Assembly: GCA_016748015.1 (NCBI GenBank)
Contig: JAAOMT010000657.1
Location: 310,001 to 374,000, forward strand
Direction: 5' to 3'
Origin: Geosiphon pyriformis uo1
Taxonomy: Eukaryota > Fungi > Glomeromycota
Length of the DNA stretch: 64,000 nt
Shown in pieces: positions 61,501 through 64,000 of this stretch (its first letter is position 1; each line of letters begins with the position of its first letter). Under the pieces are notes generated by a model. The model made no database searches. It was not told where the DNA came from and saw only the letters and a program-made list of their open reading frames with translations. The translations under genes were made by a program, and so were the position numbers.

Positions 61501-64000
61501 TAGCAATAGCATTAATTAATGGAGCTACCAAAGAAGATGTCCATCAAATGAAGAAAGCAGAATATATTGAATACACCATAGAATTAGCTGGATTTGATTA
61601 CGAAGATGAAGTAGAAGTCTACCACCAAATTGCAAGTCATACCTACCCAACTCAGGAAGCTCAAATTCAATAATTGAAGCAAATGAACATTAGGCTATGT
61701 GAAAAATACATTATGCCTTGTAATAAACAATAGTGTTCTGAATGCTATGCTCTTAGCATTCCTCTGTCCAGTGAAAATGATGAAAACAAAATTGAATTTG
61801 GAAAACCTAAAGCAACAGAAGAAATTAAAACAACACCCATCTATCTTATTGAAAATCAGCCTGCCTTACAACTCAAATACTTCAACAACAACGGACAAGG
61901 AATAAAACCCGAAAAAGCACATAACATTGATGCTGAATATGACCTAAGATATCCGGACAAGGATACTCTTGTTCTCAAATCTAAATCTCTTACAAAAATC
62001 AACCTCAAAATTGCCCTCGAAATCCCAATAGGAGCAATGGTTCAAATTGCCTCCTGGTCCTCTCTGGCAAGCAAAAGAATCAATGTCAGAGGAGAAATAA
62101 TCGATACTGGATATACTGGTGACATAACAGTAATATTTCAAAATGAAACCAATAAATCTTTTAAGATCAAACATGCTGAAAAAATTGTTCAAGCTATTTA
62201 CCTACTTCTAATCAACATTTCAGGTTTGCAACTAATCAATCAAAGAGAACAATTAGGAAAAAGTGATAGAGGAACCAATGGTTTTGGTTCAACTAGACAA
62301 TTCACAGTTTCAGTAAACATCACTCTTAATAAACAAAGTGAATCTCACCAGATTCTACAACTTCCACAACCAATTACTATTTCACTCTTTGGAGAACACT
62401 CTGAAATTTATACTTGTAAAAAGCCAATGACCACACAACAAATTTTTGAGTCTAATGAATGAATCTGCTTGGAACATAATATCTCAATCCCAAATATTTA
62501 CATCCCAGAAAGAACAAAGAAAGTCTGAGTTACTTTTTACAATCCCAATAATTACTCCATAGTTTTATTAAATAACTTAGAAATTAGAGTTATTTACAGT
62601 AATATCTTTCAACAAGAATTACTCCAAACAGTTCCCAATTTCTCTGAAATTATTGGACATTCACTACTAAAAATCAACTCAAACCACAGCTCTGAAAACT
62701 ACCATGTTGTCATGGAAAAATTATCTCGAATCAACATGGAACAACTTGAATCACAACAACAAAACCAGCTCAAAGAGCTAATTGCAGAATTTGCTGATAT
62801 TTTTGCCGAAAACAACAATAACTTAGGAAGAACCAATTTGGTTCAACACCAAATCTATACAGGAGATGCCAAACCAAGGCAACAACAAGCCTATTGAGTT
62901 GCTCCAGAAAGCCACCAATTTATCCAAAAAAAAGTACAACGGATGCTTAACAATAGGCTTATTCAATCATCAATGAGTTCATGGGTCTTACCTGTGGTCC
63001 TAGTTAAAAAAAAATTGGAAAAATATGATTTTATGTTGATTATCGACAACTCAACAGCATCATCATTGGAGATGTTTACCCTCTTCTCTGAATTGATGAC
63101 ATGTTGGATGCCCTTGGAAAGTCCAAATACTTTTCAACATTAGATTTAAAGAGTGGATACTGGCAAGTTGCCATGGATCTCAAAGATTGCCCCAAAACAG
63201 CATTCACCACTCAAGAAAAAAATTATAAGTTCAACATAATGCCTTTTGGATTATGCAATGCACCAGCAACATTCCAAAGACTCATGGATGTTGTTTATAA
63301 AGGCCTTCTTTGGAAATCAGTAGTTGTCTATCTTAATGATACTGATGTTTATTCACCATTTTTTAAATTATACTTAACACACCTGCGAAAAGTTTTTCAA
63401 TGATTATGAAAAGCAGGACTGAAACTGAACATCGAAAAATGCTACTTCGGAAAAACGAATTTGGCCTTTCTTGGCCACATTGTGAGCAAAGATGGAATTA
63501 AACCAGACTCTGGAAAAATCAGCACTGTCAAAAACTTCAAGACTCCACAAAATACCACAGAATTGAGAGGATTTATTGGATTAGCTTCCTATTACCAAAA
63601 ATTCATCAAAGGATTTTCAGAAATCGTAAAACCTCTTAACCAGCTCATTACTAAAAATGTCGAATACAAATGGATGGAAGAACACCAAAAAGCTTTTGAA
63701 ATTTTCAAGGAAAAACTGACAACAGCTCCAATTCTCACCTACTCAGACTTCAGTAACTGATTTTAACTAGCTACAGATGCTTCTTACACTGTCTTTGGTG
63801 CCATCTTATCACAATTAAATAACAATAGAAATGAGCGAGTAATCACTTATGCTAGCAGAACATTAAAACCAGCCGAAAAAAACTATTCTGCCATAGAACT
63901 AGAAACAGCAGCCATAATTTGGGTCCTATACCACTTCAATCTTTATTTCAGGCCTAAAGAATTTGATATTATCACTGATAATATTGGACTTAAATGACTT
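58557..64000 (+). pseudogene. gag-pol of copy F
   Basis: GTG at 58557 and ATG at 59235 are in frame with fragments starting 59415, 60171, 60837, 61302, 62037, 62712 and 62943 (single gag-pol frame); RT 63101-63760; ATDAS RNase H start ~63770. Confidence 0.94.

Larger units (their letters stand above)
57529..64000 (+). mobile_element. Ty3/Gypsy copy F (family B, E-like subfamily) inserted in opposite orientation into E's gag; runs off the window in RNase H
   Basis: 5' LTR 57529-58510; PBS 58513-58522; flank CCAT 57525-57528. Confidence 0.95.

Overview
AT-rich eukaryotic window made almost entirely of nested, decaying transposable elements. I found no host gene, RNA gene or CRISPR array. Composition, CpG loss and element types suggest a Glomeromycotina/Mucoromycota-type fungus (inference). 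Left to right: Ty3/Gypsy copy A (+, 1-17257) is split by full-length copy B (-, 5794-15638). A itself sits in old copy C (-, 17258-30923), whose 5' LTR is split by the young full-length copy D (-, 20790-30258). C sits in an older third-family Gypsy relic G (-, ~30928-33900). Next come a full-length RNase H-bearing LINE (+, ~34924-41724), a heavily deaminated MULE/FAR1 transposase relic missed by the ORF track (+, ~43381-44560), and a second LINE (-, 44565-50066). That LINE is interrupted by a solo LTR (45937-46789) and by Gypsy copy E (-, 50067-57528), which is interrupted by copy F (+, 57529 to beyond 64000). The best candidate for an undescribed system is the Gypsy lineage itself. It has (i) a ~1.3 kb AUG-free leader containing a conserved ~230-240-codon Gag extension that appears to start at GUG; (ii) a conserved multi-CxxC domain plus dUTPase between protease and RT; (iii) a conserved non-Env third ORF running through the PPT into the 3' LTR; and (iv) 4-bp target sites that reconstruct to CpG-centred sequences. 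All copies are pseudogenised by C>T/G>A transitions.
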